Origin: Candidatus Uhrbacteria bacterium
GTDB taxonomy: Bacteria; Patescibacteriota; Patescibacteriia; JACPHY01
DNA length: 64,000 bases
NCBI GenBank assembly: GCA_016188355.1
Contig: JACPHY010000002.1
Span: forward strand, 596 to 64,595
Direction of reading: 5' to 3'
In this document: positions 20,001 through 27,307 of the stretch, piece by piece
How positions within the stretch are numbered: position 1 is the stretch's first letter
How the letters are laid out: every line of letters begins with the position of its first letter
The notes under the pieces: generated by a model
What the model was told of the DNA's origin: nothing
Database searches by the model: none
The model's input: only the letters and a program-made list of their open reading frames with translations
Made by a program: the position numbers and the translations under genes

Positions 20001-22014
20001 CCGCTCCAAAATGCTCACCGCGAATGGTCACGTACTGTCCGAATCCACCGCGACGAGGAGTGATCTCCTGAATGCGCGGAATGATCGGTTCCGGATCGCG
20101 AGTGAACCGAACGGCATTGGATGTCTTGGTGCCATTCGCCACACGAACCTCCACCAGTCCCTCGGCGATCACCGGGACGCGCACCTGAATCGCCGTGGCG
20201 CTCCATGCCGACGTCTCCGCAGCGAGATCACCAAAATACACGGCGTCCTCTGCTCCCCGCGTCGCACCAAACTGCACACCCGATACCGCAATCACCGCAC
20301 CCAATTGCCCGTGTCCCGGATCCAATGCGCATAGCCCCGGTCGCTGCGTGGTGTTCCTCCGAAAATCCTCAATGGTCGATCCACGCGCATCGTCCGTGCG
20401 ATCACGGAATGCGGGTATATCGGAAGTCACGACCTGTAGTGGACCGTTCGGTGCATTTTGCGGAACCACCACAATCACCTGCGTGTCCGACCATGCGGAG
20501 CTGCAGGACGGCGGCAGTGATGCGGTCACATCATCCGCATCGCCATCTTGCCCGAGGAACACGATACTCCCCGGCACCGTACCAAATCCGCTCCCACGGA
20601 TGGTGAGGTAGTTCCCCGGAGCACCGTTTGGCGCAACGATCAATTCGGTGCCCGCGGGCGCATCTTCTCGCCGCGCAAACGTTTCTCCCGTTGTTCGGCT
20701 CACGAGCGCTTGCGGGGAGACATCGGTAATGAGCGGTCCGTCGTCACAACGGCAGGAGGCGGTATGACACCGGAGTCCTTGCGTGCAGGATCCTGGCTCA
20801 CACTGTTCGGTTGCCGCGTTCGCATCGCATCGCGCACCGATACCTGACGGTCCTGGACCCACCGCACAGGCGTCGGCGAGCAAGCACTGACCCGTCGAAC
20901 AACAGGCCGACTGTGTACACTGCGCGTTCGCGCTGCAGGTAACGGTAAACGGATAACCATTCGAGGACTGCGCGCCGCGCACCACGCGAATCTCGCCACT
21001 CAACGCGCCAGTTGGCACATTTACCGTTATGTTGGTCGCCGACCACGTCACCACCGATGTCGCATCGATGCCCCCGCCAAATTGCACATTTCCTTCCCCT
21101 CGCGTCTCCCCGAAGAGCTTCCCCTCCATCGTCACCACAGTCCCCTCCGGTCCCTCGAGCGGCGTCAAGCAGGCAATTTGTGGACCAAGGATTTCTGTAT
21201 TCACCTGGAAATTCACCGTCCCGGAAGACAGGGCACCACCAGCGGCGGTCACTACCACCCCATATGAACGCCCTGATGGCAACGTCGGAACCTCTACCAC
21301 AATCAAATTATCCGACCAATTCGGCACCCCACTGCAGGCAACCACCGGTGCCACCGTGCCTCCGATACGCACCGCAGATTGTCCGTCCACGAAGGACCCG
21401 AAACGGAACCCACGGACAGTAACGTACGATCCGACCGGACCACTCACCGGGGTCACACTGCACACGTGGGGCGCGGTACCACCGGGATCACGGCATCCCG
21501 CAAGACGATTGCCCTGCGGGGGAAGCGTATTGTCCCCGGGAGGACCCGCGAACATCACTCCTCCGGACGTTCCGGTCGCCTGCTGCAATCTTCCCAAGAC
21601 GAAATGGGCAATGCTGAAGGACATGAGGATGATGGCGAGGCCAATCACCCCATTCGTGATCGTTCGTTTCGCGCGGACCACTTTCTCCTCATTCCCGCTC
21701 GCGGTCATCCAGAGGAAACCGCCGGTGAGCATGATGCCAACCGCAATGATGCCGAGGAAGCCGAGGAAGGCGCGAATGATCTTTGCGATGGTGATGCGGA
21801 TGTCTTGTACGGCAAGACCGGTCGCCGTTCCGTAATCAATGCCAGTATTCACCTGTGCCACAACCGGTGACGCGGCAACGCACCACACCAACACGAGCGC
21901 GACCGGGAACGCCCATCGTCGCACATTGCGCCACGTGAACGCGCGCCGAAGAAGTCGGCGAGCGCGCAATGCAGCGAGGAGATGAAGCACAGTACGCATG
22001 CGAGTCATGATCAT
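11068..22014 (-). CDS. Giant (about 3650 aa) surface protein: signal peptide, VirB2/TrbC-like pilin head, IPT/TIG and Big_5-like Ig domains, CBM-like domain, Myxococcus-type Cys-rich repeats
   Basis: Uninterrupted 11-kb ORF. Pilin motif IAKIIRAFLGFLG..GGFLWMT.SGNEEKV..AK.TI.NGVIGL.II; repeated P..G..G..VTI.G..FG..WS...I.V.VP; V..F...MDP; CGNG/CGDG....GEECD repeats. Start placed just after the upstream stop (approximate). Confidence 0.88.
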   Translation of the reverse strand: MIMTRMRTVLHLLAALRARRLLRRAFTWRNVRRWAFPVALVLVWCVAASPVVAQVNTGIDYGTATGLAVQDIRITIAKIIRAFLGFLGIIAVGIMLTGGFLWMTASGNEEKVVRAKRTITNGVIGLAIILMSFSIAHFVLGRLQQATGTSGGVMFAGPPGDNTLPPQGNRLAGCRDPGGTAPHVCSVTPVSGPVGSYVTVRGFRFGSFVDGQSAVRIGGTVAPVVACSGVPNWSDNLIVVEVPTLPSGRSYGVVVTAAGGALSSGTVNFQVNTEILGPQIACLTPLEGPEGTVVTMEGKLFGETRGEGNVQFGGGIDATSVVTWSATNITVNVPTGALSGEIRVVRGAQSSNGYPFTVTCSANAQCTQSACCSTGQCLLADACAVGPGPSGIGARCDANAATEQCEPGSCTQGLRCHTASCRCDDGPLITDVSPQALVSRTTGETFARREDAPAGTELIVAPNGAPGNYLTIRGSGFGTVPGSIVFLGQDGDADDVTASLPPSCSSAWSDTQVIVVVPQNAPNGPLQVVTSDIPAFRDRTDDARGSTIEDFRRNTTQRPGLCALDPGHGQLGAVIAVSGVQFGATRGAEDAVYFGDLAAETSAWSATAIQVRVPVIAEGLVEVRVANGTKTSNAVRFTRDPEPIIPRIQEITPRRGGFGQYVTIRGEHFGAEMGRITFTRGTERYDIVPRFPDACRQDWWRANEITIRIPANREEWAPVGQSPPPSDFSALGQFEIRVHPRGTDVASNAVPFTVTTDPATPGICAIAPHRGPARTPVTIVGERFGSAAGTMRFHDQVIVGASDRDQFAWTEQKIQGILVPILAKTGPFRLWVTGENPDAPTATNRGSNPVQFEVRDCRAGGTANACPSGQICCGNGTCVASGTRCESEPNVGAYQWTFATGAVPRVPRVVESCGAFSPSPWDQQGTGGSACTNANVRVQFSMSMGDPTSSSEFLSAGAARGIQVFRCAGGRNVATDFGGGFERATDVTAWTALDPQHVQATFINTEDTAAHGGTGVLRLTKRTAAVADSVAYRRQPVAVGLPRDATVDRIAYAIEAPASLVTDTGGTTYTARVMVRGRNAQRNPNARVGIVIGRAGGPNVTDAGWWQQSAREVVLENTWQELATSITFDRGPNAVASGFVRIYLTAPAPDAEQGSDEVYAADLDDLEVVRQGDACVIREFATTGAVTVSDAGGRTNHRGNIVNVAPPNGGWSPGATYEVVVYGSDTLEQIGATTASKLALRSAGAQQLALDGDGDGQEGGNYRFRFQTRASAEPCAVREILMTPQSAVATQRVEPGATPQQVLSATQSADLPSLVHISAAGVNDPTTCTTLALERVDAWRVVQPPSPPAVAGRSYVAGDVDGSGRWCAVESECGVIPCVQDAQCASLGATCDTGAGHCRTNFCGTNRRCENLPTTITARAHWETPTQPVRVQAIVAAGNREVSGVSDVAVRFERPRVTRVIPTESCQEACTNTVVAAVTNVPLAASAAFEVRMYQCAQENCRRDALTAEIPLGPANVQVCPARESGGNDPCAGTRVTEEPHLRISPPELGENTPYRVLLTSEVTSAWGVPLEGLNFDSDGDGSLDARSWIFRTRGGRCEVQKVETIPAALTFSVVGERAWVTAVPTSAPDRCAPEGQPLRADSLPWGWSIRDIAVAGFTTVTTAGTFAAPGAPTETTLTRTTIAASSACTLQCLPTGSVRITGICGNGLRELGEECEAEATGFPSSCNPENCLLRGARPVARGGTCGDGDIDAGEECDLQNNTMPAWCDPASCLRLGARAGGSRCGTPVTPGRPAEPLGDGEDCDDGNTENGDGCSSQCLHEGTRPQYDPVRAPNGVLARCGDGIVADGRGGRVAGGEECDWHDDPRSVWVSQGCDFEHCIFTGTRSIVDTPPGTCGNGQLDRGEQCDNGAVGVCAPGSRAGRTCASDGDCGGASCVERQPVSGDGCSARCLFEGASIAWRDPVSGAPHPALCGDGIAFDGSGGRPFGGEQCDGGNVADPPDPAQIVQAVGGGVADAEGMQSTELIAGVRGADGRVAIQLQCGYSRDTQCLTPAVNGVDRSGCCRARPAIVSGSEMPDPGATNICINAVVTARFTERMDPASVGIVVDAVTSASTYRGAILEHCPSGRVCTLDSDANWRPVEATPILREVQEEDRVVSELIFETPKGLVPSRLHRVRFFGAADEDAAGKPIALRSMDGVRFGGAAWTFMVGGRYCTIETLQMQPASYLFQRVGQRMDFPFSVSPMGRLPSGKLQLVGPVAGSYEWRYQWQSTASDVADIDPTSPGRCNDGPHASCFFHPAAAVKNGQGLALAQLDITVNTINAPAGPFSARAPFRVFLCENPWPAVTNAATWQPYPAMGQCVSGSMRANVCTANSDCMNGFTCVGADPSPLTDEHISFAYCRDAGTRKVCRAPGTIEPVDARSCGSDAECMAPLKCLLALRDDLPAIAPNVVARQIAGVQSGNGRDELRKEFFFLPRGASYCSESGDRCEPDVPGTCPPGQFCRSGQDALGLRLYENEGHVRADRWFQQQGFTDANTPITVDGSRGVRAGRSTYLHVPNVRAGSVFTNLAVLSFNDGAVAETQEVLQQILEGIRFATNLSDQNVRMCVPQGIVAAGAIFGRCTTSGAACARDLDCGTAGGTCAGISCTSDLDCRVGTAQGSCRAPKDKLMRDVQRMEDLVELREVVQRFQRRCTITPRSCAADGDCPAGEQCMALGPDLNAGTFIPGMSVSRWPSWQQELGAQLGSTLPSDPLNQFGGRCTSIRRCGGVGPDCVNDAACAAQPEGQRRCEEDRLFDPQTCWSERAGTYSCPAGSYVYQYRRLADGTTELGSQLEVVAGSSIVPALRTGIRVDGGICATPNGTTYGASGRCGDGIQQAGEACERGQVGTEERTEDGRRQSRHRTCSVTCQWSDWSAWSSQCGNAIVDAGEQCDVGPRGGRVPAAGGTAPGITSGTAYECSPNCTWRMSGPATYMRCGDEIIQAAYGEQCDGPANRATTPSASSAQSQYACTAADAPRPCRATGGYCGDREIQTANQEQCDGDESRSCVVENNGNLQWVGWTGSQWANSSGGWRSYGDGSTPSTITLRGTIRSQNGGAGDVKLLLVTQNVESSGGDPGTVSREVMEASLRPEQVLSDLNPTGTRGGRGVYHRIRVALDGNAVGTIWALASSQLQHNELVLRGVASGTTDTPHQITLTWDNDWNNGGSAWACQNDRTRRFATQESCAAASPTCGSGGCIRDYYDANLRIERVAFEATQVRTCGAPQTPNACKVLDANGSATNGAPNAGWGACQVASARCGNGVVEDGREGRADFGEQCDDGGRGRCINDPQRVCRSHAECGSGGVCDRDADACTSQCKHNVCGDGAVLASTCVAGDAGKLGQPCRSSTECGRNGRCAAEQCDVGVGNWRAACSGAQDAQCVPNARCAYGRTCNYCLTNTCTVATKRGGFCGDGIKQDGANGPEACDIAAADRATSPWNGPLCSLTCTSQCPGAFDRVTADFGATGIDPSRGTAVANGAELPIRLPAARLYDTLTFDVLLEEGVPDATLVLRELGAGGAELGRVGIAPTDAVRPKLMERQQIVLRKPVNVPGAAGYSSTRTPTDTLGRFGSSRPLELILVPQFTASGSVVRHVRISQPATFQCSGPPYPPSP

Positions 22015-22016
22015 CG

Positions 22017-24260
22017 TTACGGAATGGGTGCGCAGTTCGTTATTGCACCCACGCACCGCTCGCCACCCCGTACCCCACGTGGTCCACGGGGATTCTCCGC
22101 GACGGTAAAGAAGCAATTCTGGTAGAGGTCGCGCGCATTCGATCCCGCACGTACGCGGTACTCCGGAATATCGAGACCCGACTGCTGCTCCCGGAGATCC
22201 GCATGGCGGATCACCGCACGGGTCGCATCAGTCACATCATCCACATCGCGCGTCGTATCCTCGTGCTGCATATCCGATGTATGCCAGAGGCACCCGCGTC
22301 CCGTAGCAGGATCACATCCATTCCCTCCTCCGGTCATTTCCTCCAGATGCAATTCACTCGCGAGATTCCCGCTCATGAGCTTCGAGAAGAGCACCTCCAC
22401 CGGTGCAAATGCAGATACTTCATCCACCAGCTGTAGCGAAGCGCCGGAATCGGCCTGATCGTACACCCGACGGGATCGATCTGAGCGATTGAAATGGACC
22501 ACCTGGACGATCTCGGGAGCGGTGAGGTCCAGCCGATCGTTGGTGAAGAATGTCCACTGCGCACTATCCGAGGTAGATTGATTCACCGCAGCCGAACCCT
22601 TGATTGTAAAACAGGGCGATGTCGACGGGCACATCGGCGCTCCCGGACCCGTGGCTTTGGTGTCCATGTTCCCATCGAGTGAATTGCCTGCCGCGTCCAT
22701 GACTCCGGAGAAGGGCAATCCCGCAGGACCTCCCGCATCCAATCGCGCCGCCTCAATCAGCGCACGCAATTCCGCGTTCTTCGGAAGGCAATACACCGTT
22801 CCCCCACACGAATTCTCTCCGCATGCCGCATCGGTCGTGAATTCTACGGTTTTATATTGATTGCTGATCGTAAACGTACCCGGTACCCGCCGTCCCTGCT
22901 CCGTCACCGCGAGATAGCGAAATCCACGTAATGCATCGGGTGATCCTGTGGGGCCGATATCTGCAGCGGTGACGACACCCGAGGTCACGGTCGGATCCAT
23001 AGCCTCATCGAAATTCACCTGCACCACCACATTGATGGGCTGGTCGGGCACTCCGACAACATCGCCCGATACATCGCGCCCTCCATCAGGAAATGGCACC
23101 ACGCTCTGCACCTGCGGAGACCTATCATCCGTATGGATGGTCACCGTGAAATCCCAAGTGTACCCATCGCGGAACGCGCCAGTGAACATGTCTTCCGGGG
23201 TGCCGTCTCCCCGTCGCGTCGTCTTCTTGATGACATTGGTGAGCCGCACCACATAGGCGGTGGGCTGCGACGCATTCCCCAGCAGCTGTCGCTCTGCTGC
23301 TCCCGTTTGGCTATTCGTACGAACCCGCAGCACATCGCCCACCACCTCCGTGGCGACCGGCGTCAACACAATGGTTCGCCCATCCGGGGACATCGCTACA
23401 CCGACGGGCACCAAATTTGCCGCAGCGGCAGTGAACTCTGCCAATCGCGACTCCCGTGCCTGCGGAGTGAGCTTCGTGGGGTCCACATTGGCGCCCACCG
23501 GGGACACCTGAATCGCCTCCGGAAGCGCAAGATCGCGATAATTATCAAACTGCCGCACATCATCGCCGGATGTGCCGAGCGAATCCGGATTTCCCGGACT
23601 CTGATACGTATTCGCGATAAAGGTCGCGGGATCCACTGGCGATCGAAAGGTCACAAAAATACGCACATTGCGCGGCGCATCCCCCTGTCCGCGCGCGGGG
23701 TAATGACTCTCAATCGGCCCCGCACCCAATGCACCGGATAGCGCTACGGAATCTCCAAATCCTCCGGCTGTTCGTACACCTCCTCCCCCACCCGCTGCCT
23801 CCTGCAATCTCCCCAAGACGAAATGGGCGATACTGAAGGACATGAGGATGATGGCGAGGCCAATCACCCCGTTCATGATCGTTCGTTTCGCGCGGACCAC
23901 CTTCTCCTCATTCCCTCCAGCGGTCATCCAGAGGAATCCACCCGTGAGCGTGATGCCAATCGCAATCACCCCGAGGAAGCCGAGGAAGGCGCGAATGATC
24001 TTTGCAATCGTGACCCGGATGTCTTGCGTGGCGAGGCCGGTGGCGGAGCCGAAATTCAGTCCTTCCTGCACCGTCGATCCGGCATCTGCCGCCCAAACAC
24101 CCACCGGAATCCACACCACAACCGCCATGCCTACCGCGCACGCCAGCGCCAGTCCCGAGCGAGGAACGGCAAACAACCGCCGGGACCATACGGCCGCCCG
24201 CGATCGCCAACCGACTACCCCAGAAGAAGCGTGCGATGTGCCGAACTGCAAAACAGGCAT
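22017..24260 (-). CDS. Pilin-headed (VirB2/TrbC-like) surface protein with Big_5-like Ig domains
   Basis: Same pilin head as the giant ORF; PRNVRIFVTF, PINVVVQVNFDEAMDP, CGENSCGG.VYCLP, DAAGNSLDG, DLYQNCF. Exact start uncertain. Confidence 0.86.
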   Translation of the reverse strand: MPVLQFGTSHASSGVVGWRSRAAVWSRRLFAVPRSGLALACAVGMAVVVWIPVGVWAADAGSTVQEGLNFGSATGLATQDIRVTIAKIIRAFLGFLGVIAIGITLTGGFLWMTAGGNEEKVVRAKRTIMNGVIGLAIILMSFSIAHFVLGRLQEAAGGGGGVRTAGGFGDSVALSGALGAGPIESHYPARGQGDAPRNVRIFVTFRSPVDPATFIANTYQSPGNPDSLGTSGDDVRQFDNYRDLALPEAIQVSPVGANVDPTKLTPQARESRLAEFTAAAANLVPVGVAMSPDGRTIVLTPVATEVVGDVLRVRTNSQTGAAERQLLGNASQPTAYVVRLTNVIKKTTRRGDGTPEDMFTGAFRDGYTWDFTVTIHTDDRSPQVQSVVPFPDGGRDVSGDVVGVPDQPINVVVQVNFDEAMDPTVTSGVVTAADIGPTGSPDALRGFRYLAVTEQGRRVPGTFTISNQYKTVEFTTDAACGENSCGGTVYCLPKNAELRALIEAARLDAGGPAGLPFSGVMDAAGNSLDGNMDTKATGPGAPMCPSTSPCFTIKGSAAVNQSTSDSAQWTFFTNDRLDLTAPEIVQVVHFNRSDRSRRVYDQADSGASLQLVDEVSAFAPVEVLFSKLMSGNLASELHLEEMTGGGNGCDPATGRGCLWHTSDMQHEDTTRDVDDVTDATRAVIRHADLREQQSGLDIPEYRVRAGSNARDLYQNCFFTVAENPRGPRGVRGGERCVGAITNCAPIP

Positions 24261-24284
24261 GTGGATAGCTCACGCACCGCTCTT

Positions 24285-24294
24285 CTAGTGTATC
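24285..24294 (-). promoter_or_regulatory. Putative extended -10 promoter of the pilin/giant-protein locus
   Basis: Minus strand TG-A-TACACT about 25 nt upstream of the 24260 ATG. Confidence 0.45.
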
Positions 24295-24353
24295 ACGCAT
24301 GCGCGCTCTGATCCGTGTGGATCAGAGCGCGCCCCTCGTCTCGAGGTCCTGCA

Positions 24354-24800
24354 TCAGCCGCGCAGCACCTCTTCGACCATCTTCCGAACCGTATTACCAT
24401 CCGCCTTTCCTTGGAGCTCCTTCATTGCCGATCCCATGAGCGGTCCCACCTGCGTGGATCCCGTACGCGCGTGCACCGCAACCACGACGGCGCGAATTTC
24501 TTCTTCGGAAAGCTGCGACGGCAAACAGCGCTCCACGATCACCAATTCGGATTCCGCGGCGGCTGCAAGATCATCACGATGTCCTGCACGATATTCGGTG
24601 ATCGCCTCTCGCAACTGCTTCGCATGGCGCTGCGCTGCCGCCAGCGCGCCCGCGTCATCCAGCTCCTTCCCCGCACCCCGTGCCGCAATCTCCGCATTCG
24701 CCAACGTACTCTTCAACATGCGGAGCGCTCCCACCGCGGTTGCATCCTTCGATTTCATGGCAGCCACCAACTCATCCTGCACTTGACGCATGAGTGACAT
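24354..24800 (-). CDS. yqeY: GatB/YqeY domain protein
   Basis: AMKSKD, LRMLKS, E..IVE..LP.QLSEEEI, MG..M..L.GKADG; follows rpsU. Confidence 0.92.
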   Translation of the reverse strand: MSLMRQVQDELVAAMKSKDATAVGALRMLKSTLANAEIAARGAGKELDDAGALAAAQRHAKQLREAITEYRAGHRDDLAAAAESELVIVERCLPSQLSEEEIRAVVVAVHARTGSTQVGPLMGSAMKELQGKADGNTVRKMVEEVLRG

Positions 24801-24810
24801 AAGGAATCAA

Positions 24811-24849
24811 GCAAGCCGCGCGTCCCGATGCTTCGGACGCGCGGCTTGC
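24811..24849 (-). terminator. Hairpin after rpsU
   Basis: GCAAGCCGCGCGTCC..GGACGCGCGGCTTGC 15-bp stem. Confidence 0.6.
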
Positions 24850-24856
24850 GAAGGAC

Positions 24857-25114
24857 TTACCGCCGTCGCCGCTTCGCTTTCATCTTCTCGAGCTCCTCCT
24901 CCAACTTCCCAATCTTCTCGAGGTACCCAAGATAACTCCGACGATACGCACGCGTGACCGCGGCAGCACGATCCACCGCCTTCGAAGTGCGGCGACGATG
25001 AAAACGAATCTTCTTTGCTTGGAGCAATCGGCCGCTCATCTGCACCTTGCGGCCAAATCGGCGGAGCAATCCATCAAAGGACTCCCCTCGCCGTCGATGT
25101 ACATCTACACCCAT
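24857..25114 (-). CDS. rpsU: 30S ribosomal protein bS21 (CPR-type)
   Basis: V.RR.GES...LLRRF.RKVQ.SG.L..AKK.RF; very basic; rpsU-yqeY synteny. Confidence 0.82.
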   Translation of the reverse strand: MGVDVHRRRGESFDGLLRRFGRKVQMSGRLLQAKKIRFHRRRTSKAVDRAAAVTRAYRRSYLGYLEKIGKLEEELEKMKAKRRRR

Positions 25115-25126
25115 ACCTGGGAGATC

Positions 25127-25197
25127 AAGAACTGAAGGACGTAAGAACCGAGAATGCAAAAACGAAAGAACTAAAGGACGCAAAGACCGAAGAGCGC
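25127..25197. repeat. Degenerate 8-bp tandem repeat (about 9 units) in the rpsU leader
   Basis: AAGAACTG AAGGACGT AAGAACCG AGAATGCA AAAACGA AAGAACTA AAGGACGC AAAGACCG AAGAGCGC. Confidence 0.6.
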
Positions 25198-25254
25198 CAA
25201 AACATCCACCTCCGCTCCAGGCTTGCATTCTTTAGTCGTTTGGACACTGCGACT

Positions 25255-25283
25255 ACTCTAGGGGAAGCAAAAACGCCCGTCAA
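25255..25283 (-). promoter_or_regulatory. Putative sigma70 promoter for rpsU
   Basis: Minus strand TTGACG-17 nt-TAGAGT. Confidence 0.55.
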
Positions 25284-25336
25284 ATGCCACGCTTCTTGCT
25301 CCCCACTTCGCGAAGCGCTTCGCGGGACAGGCCTCA

Positions 25337-25675
25337 TTACGCCATGGCACCCAACCGCTTTCCCCCGAGGAGGTGGAGATGCAGGTGCGCGACTTCTTGG
25401 CCACCATCCTGTCCGCAATTGATCACGAGGCGATAACCACCCGGCGCAATCCCCTGCGCCTGTGCGATGGTGCGCGCGGCACCAATGAGATCCCCCATGA
25501 GCTTCGCATCCGTATCCATCAACTCCCGCACGGAAGGAATATGACGCTTCGGAATGAGGAGGATATGGAACGGTGCTCGCGGATGGAGATCGTCGAACGC
25601 CACCAAATCCGCCGTTTCATGTCGGATCGTTGCGGGTATCTCCTGCGCGACAATGCGACAGAACACACAGTCCAT
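25337..25675 (-). CDS. Histidine triad (HIT) nucleotide-binding protein
   Basis: DCVFCRI, AF.D..P.AP.H.L.IPK.H, GQ.V.HLHLH. Confidence 0.94.
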   Translation of the reverse strand: MDCVFCRIVAQEIPATIRHETADLVAFDDLHPRAPFHILLIPKRHIPSVRELMDTDAKLMGDLIGAARTIAQAQGIAPGGYRLVINCGQDGGQEVAHLHLHLLGGKRLGAMA

Positions 25676-25684
25676 AGAAACGTA

Positions 25685-27298
25685 TTACTCCTCTTCTGTT
25701 TCGGCGGCAGGATCCGCCGGAGTTTCTTCTTCCGCGGGAGCCTCTTCCGGAGGCTCTTCGAATTCCGCGTCTTCCTCGGGCAACGGACGCCGACGCCAAC
25801 GCGCCCCCCGCTCCTGTTCCGGCGCTCCCTCCGTAACCTCCGACGGTACTACCTCGGTCTTTGATTCACGCACCGCTTCTTGCTCGAGACGTTTCCGCAC
25901 TTCCGGAACTACTTTTTCGTACGCGATAATTTCCTGAATACCCGACGACATTTCCCGAATGATGATCGTGCCGTCAATCACCTCTTTCTGTCCGAGGATG
26001 AGTGTGAGGCGCGTATTGAGCGCATTGGCATACTCGAGCTGTGCCTTCAACGCATCCTTCGAGAAATGCGCCGCCACCGTGAACTGCTGCGCGAGCAGTT
26101 CTTCATACAGTCGCATAGCCTTCCGCTTCGCCTGATCACCGAGCTGCGCAAGATAAATCGCCGGTGTGGGAAATGCGGGTGCAACGAGACGCCCCTCACT
26201 CACCGCTTCACGCATCTTATACATGATGCGATCACAGCCAAACGAAAGTCCGGTCGCCGGCGTGGGCCGTCCTCCCAACGATTCCACCAAACCATCGTAC
26301 CGGCCTCCCGCAGCAAGCGCGAGCGGCGATGCGCTCACCGGGGTACCATCCGGAGCAACCGGCAAAAACTCAAACACCGTTTTCGTATAATACGCAAATC
26401 CACGCACTAAGAACGGCGCCAGTGCGTACGGAATCTCGAGTTCATCCAAATACTCGAGCACACGGATGAAGTGCTGCTTGCACTCCTCGCACAGCCAATC
26501 AACCATCTGTGGCGCACTCTCCTGCAGTGCACGGCACCCGTCCACACGACACGAAAAACAGCGAAGCGGCTGCGTGCCCATGTACTGCTTGCACTCCTCA
26601 CAGAGTTCCGTCCGATGCGTCTTCCAGTATCCTTCCAATTCCTGGAGATACGGCGGACGGCACACCCGACATCCCACTGAGTTCACCTGTACCGTAATGG
26701 GAATGCCCAATCGCCGAAAACAATTTGCGCCAATCGTCAGGAGCTCCGCATCGGTGGCCGGGTGCAATTCACCTAAAATCTCCAAACCAAATTGATGGAA
26801 CTGACGCAATCGACCTGCTTGAGGACGATCAAAACGAAACATGGGACCGAAGTACCACAACTTGATCGGCTGCGGCTGATTCGCCATGCCGTGCTCGATG
26901 TACGCCCGTGCCACGCCCGCCGTCCCCTCCGGACGCAATGCCACCGCGCCCTGCTCGGGGTCGGTAAACGCGTACAATTCCTTCGCTACCACCTCCGATT
27001 GCTCTCCGATCGCGCGATGGAAAAGCGCGGGGTCCTCGATAACGGGCGTATCAATGCGCGAGAATCCGTACTGCTGCGCAATGGTTTCCACGAGCGAACG
27101 GAGATGCGCCCAGTACGCCTGCTCTGAGGGGAGAATGTCTTTCACGCCTCGGAGGAGTTCCACTGCGGCTGCGCGCGGCGCCTCTGCGGATATCGCAACC
27201 ACGGGTTTCTCAGGAACGCTCATTTTCGTTTCTTTCGATGCCGGTGCAGGAGATTTGGGAGATTTCATGCGTGCAGAAGCCATGTAAGTGAACGTCAT
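25685..27298 (-). CDS. hisS: Histidine-tRNA ligase with N- and acidic C-terminal extensions
   Basis: RGVKD, LRPEGTA, FR.DRPQAGR.RQFHQ, LVRG..YY, GGRYD; start uncertain (27223-27298). Confidence 0.96.
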   Translation of the reverse strand: MTFTYMASARMKSPKSPAPASKETKMSVPEKPVVAISAEAPRAAAVELLRGVKDILPSEQAYWAHLRSLVETIAQQYGFSRIDTPVIEDPALFHRAIGEQSEVVAKELYAFTDPEQGAVALRPEGTAGVARAYIEHGMANQPQPIKLWYFGPMFRFDRPQAGRLRQFHQFGLEILGELHPATDAELLTIGANCFRRLGIPITVQVNSVGCRVCRPPYLQELEGYWKTHRTELCEECKQYMGTQPLRCFSCRVDGCRALQESAPQMVDWLCEECKQHFIRVLEYLDELEIPYALAPFLVRGFAYYTKTVFEFLPVAPDGTPVSASPLALAAGGRYDGLVESLGGRPTPATGLSFGCDRIMYKMREAVSEGRLVAPAFPTPAIYLAQLGDQAKRKAMRLYEELLAQQFTVAAHFSKDALKAQLEYANALNTRLTLILGQKEVIDGTIIIREMSSGIQEIIAYEKVVPEVRKRLEQEAVRESKTEVVPSEVTEGAPEQERGARWRRRPLPEEDAEFEEPPEEAPAEEETPADPAAETEEE

Positions 27299-27307
27299 GA
27301 ACGGCAG

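Noticed and set aside
10465-20334. Long plus-strand ORFs (628, 454, 389 and 755 aa)
   Set aside because: Arg/Thr/His-rich antisense shadows of the giant protein gene
22015-22116. First 34 codons of the 3682-aa ORF
   Set aside because: They overlap the upstream gene's 3' end; a start just after that gene's stop gives a sensible signal peptide
21578-24056. Diversity-generating retroelement TR/VR pair explanation for the duplicated pilin segment
   Set aside because: Mismatches are not adenine-specific, both copies are coding N-terminal regions, and there is no reverse transcriptase in the window
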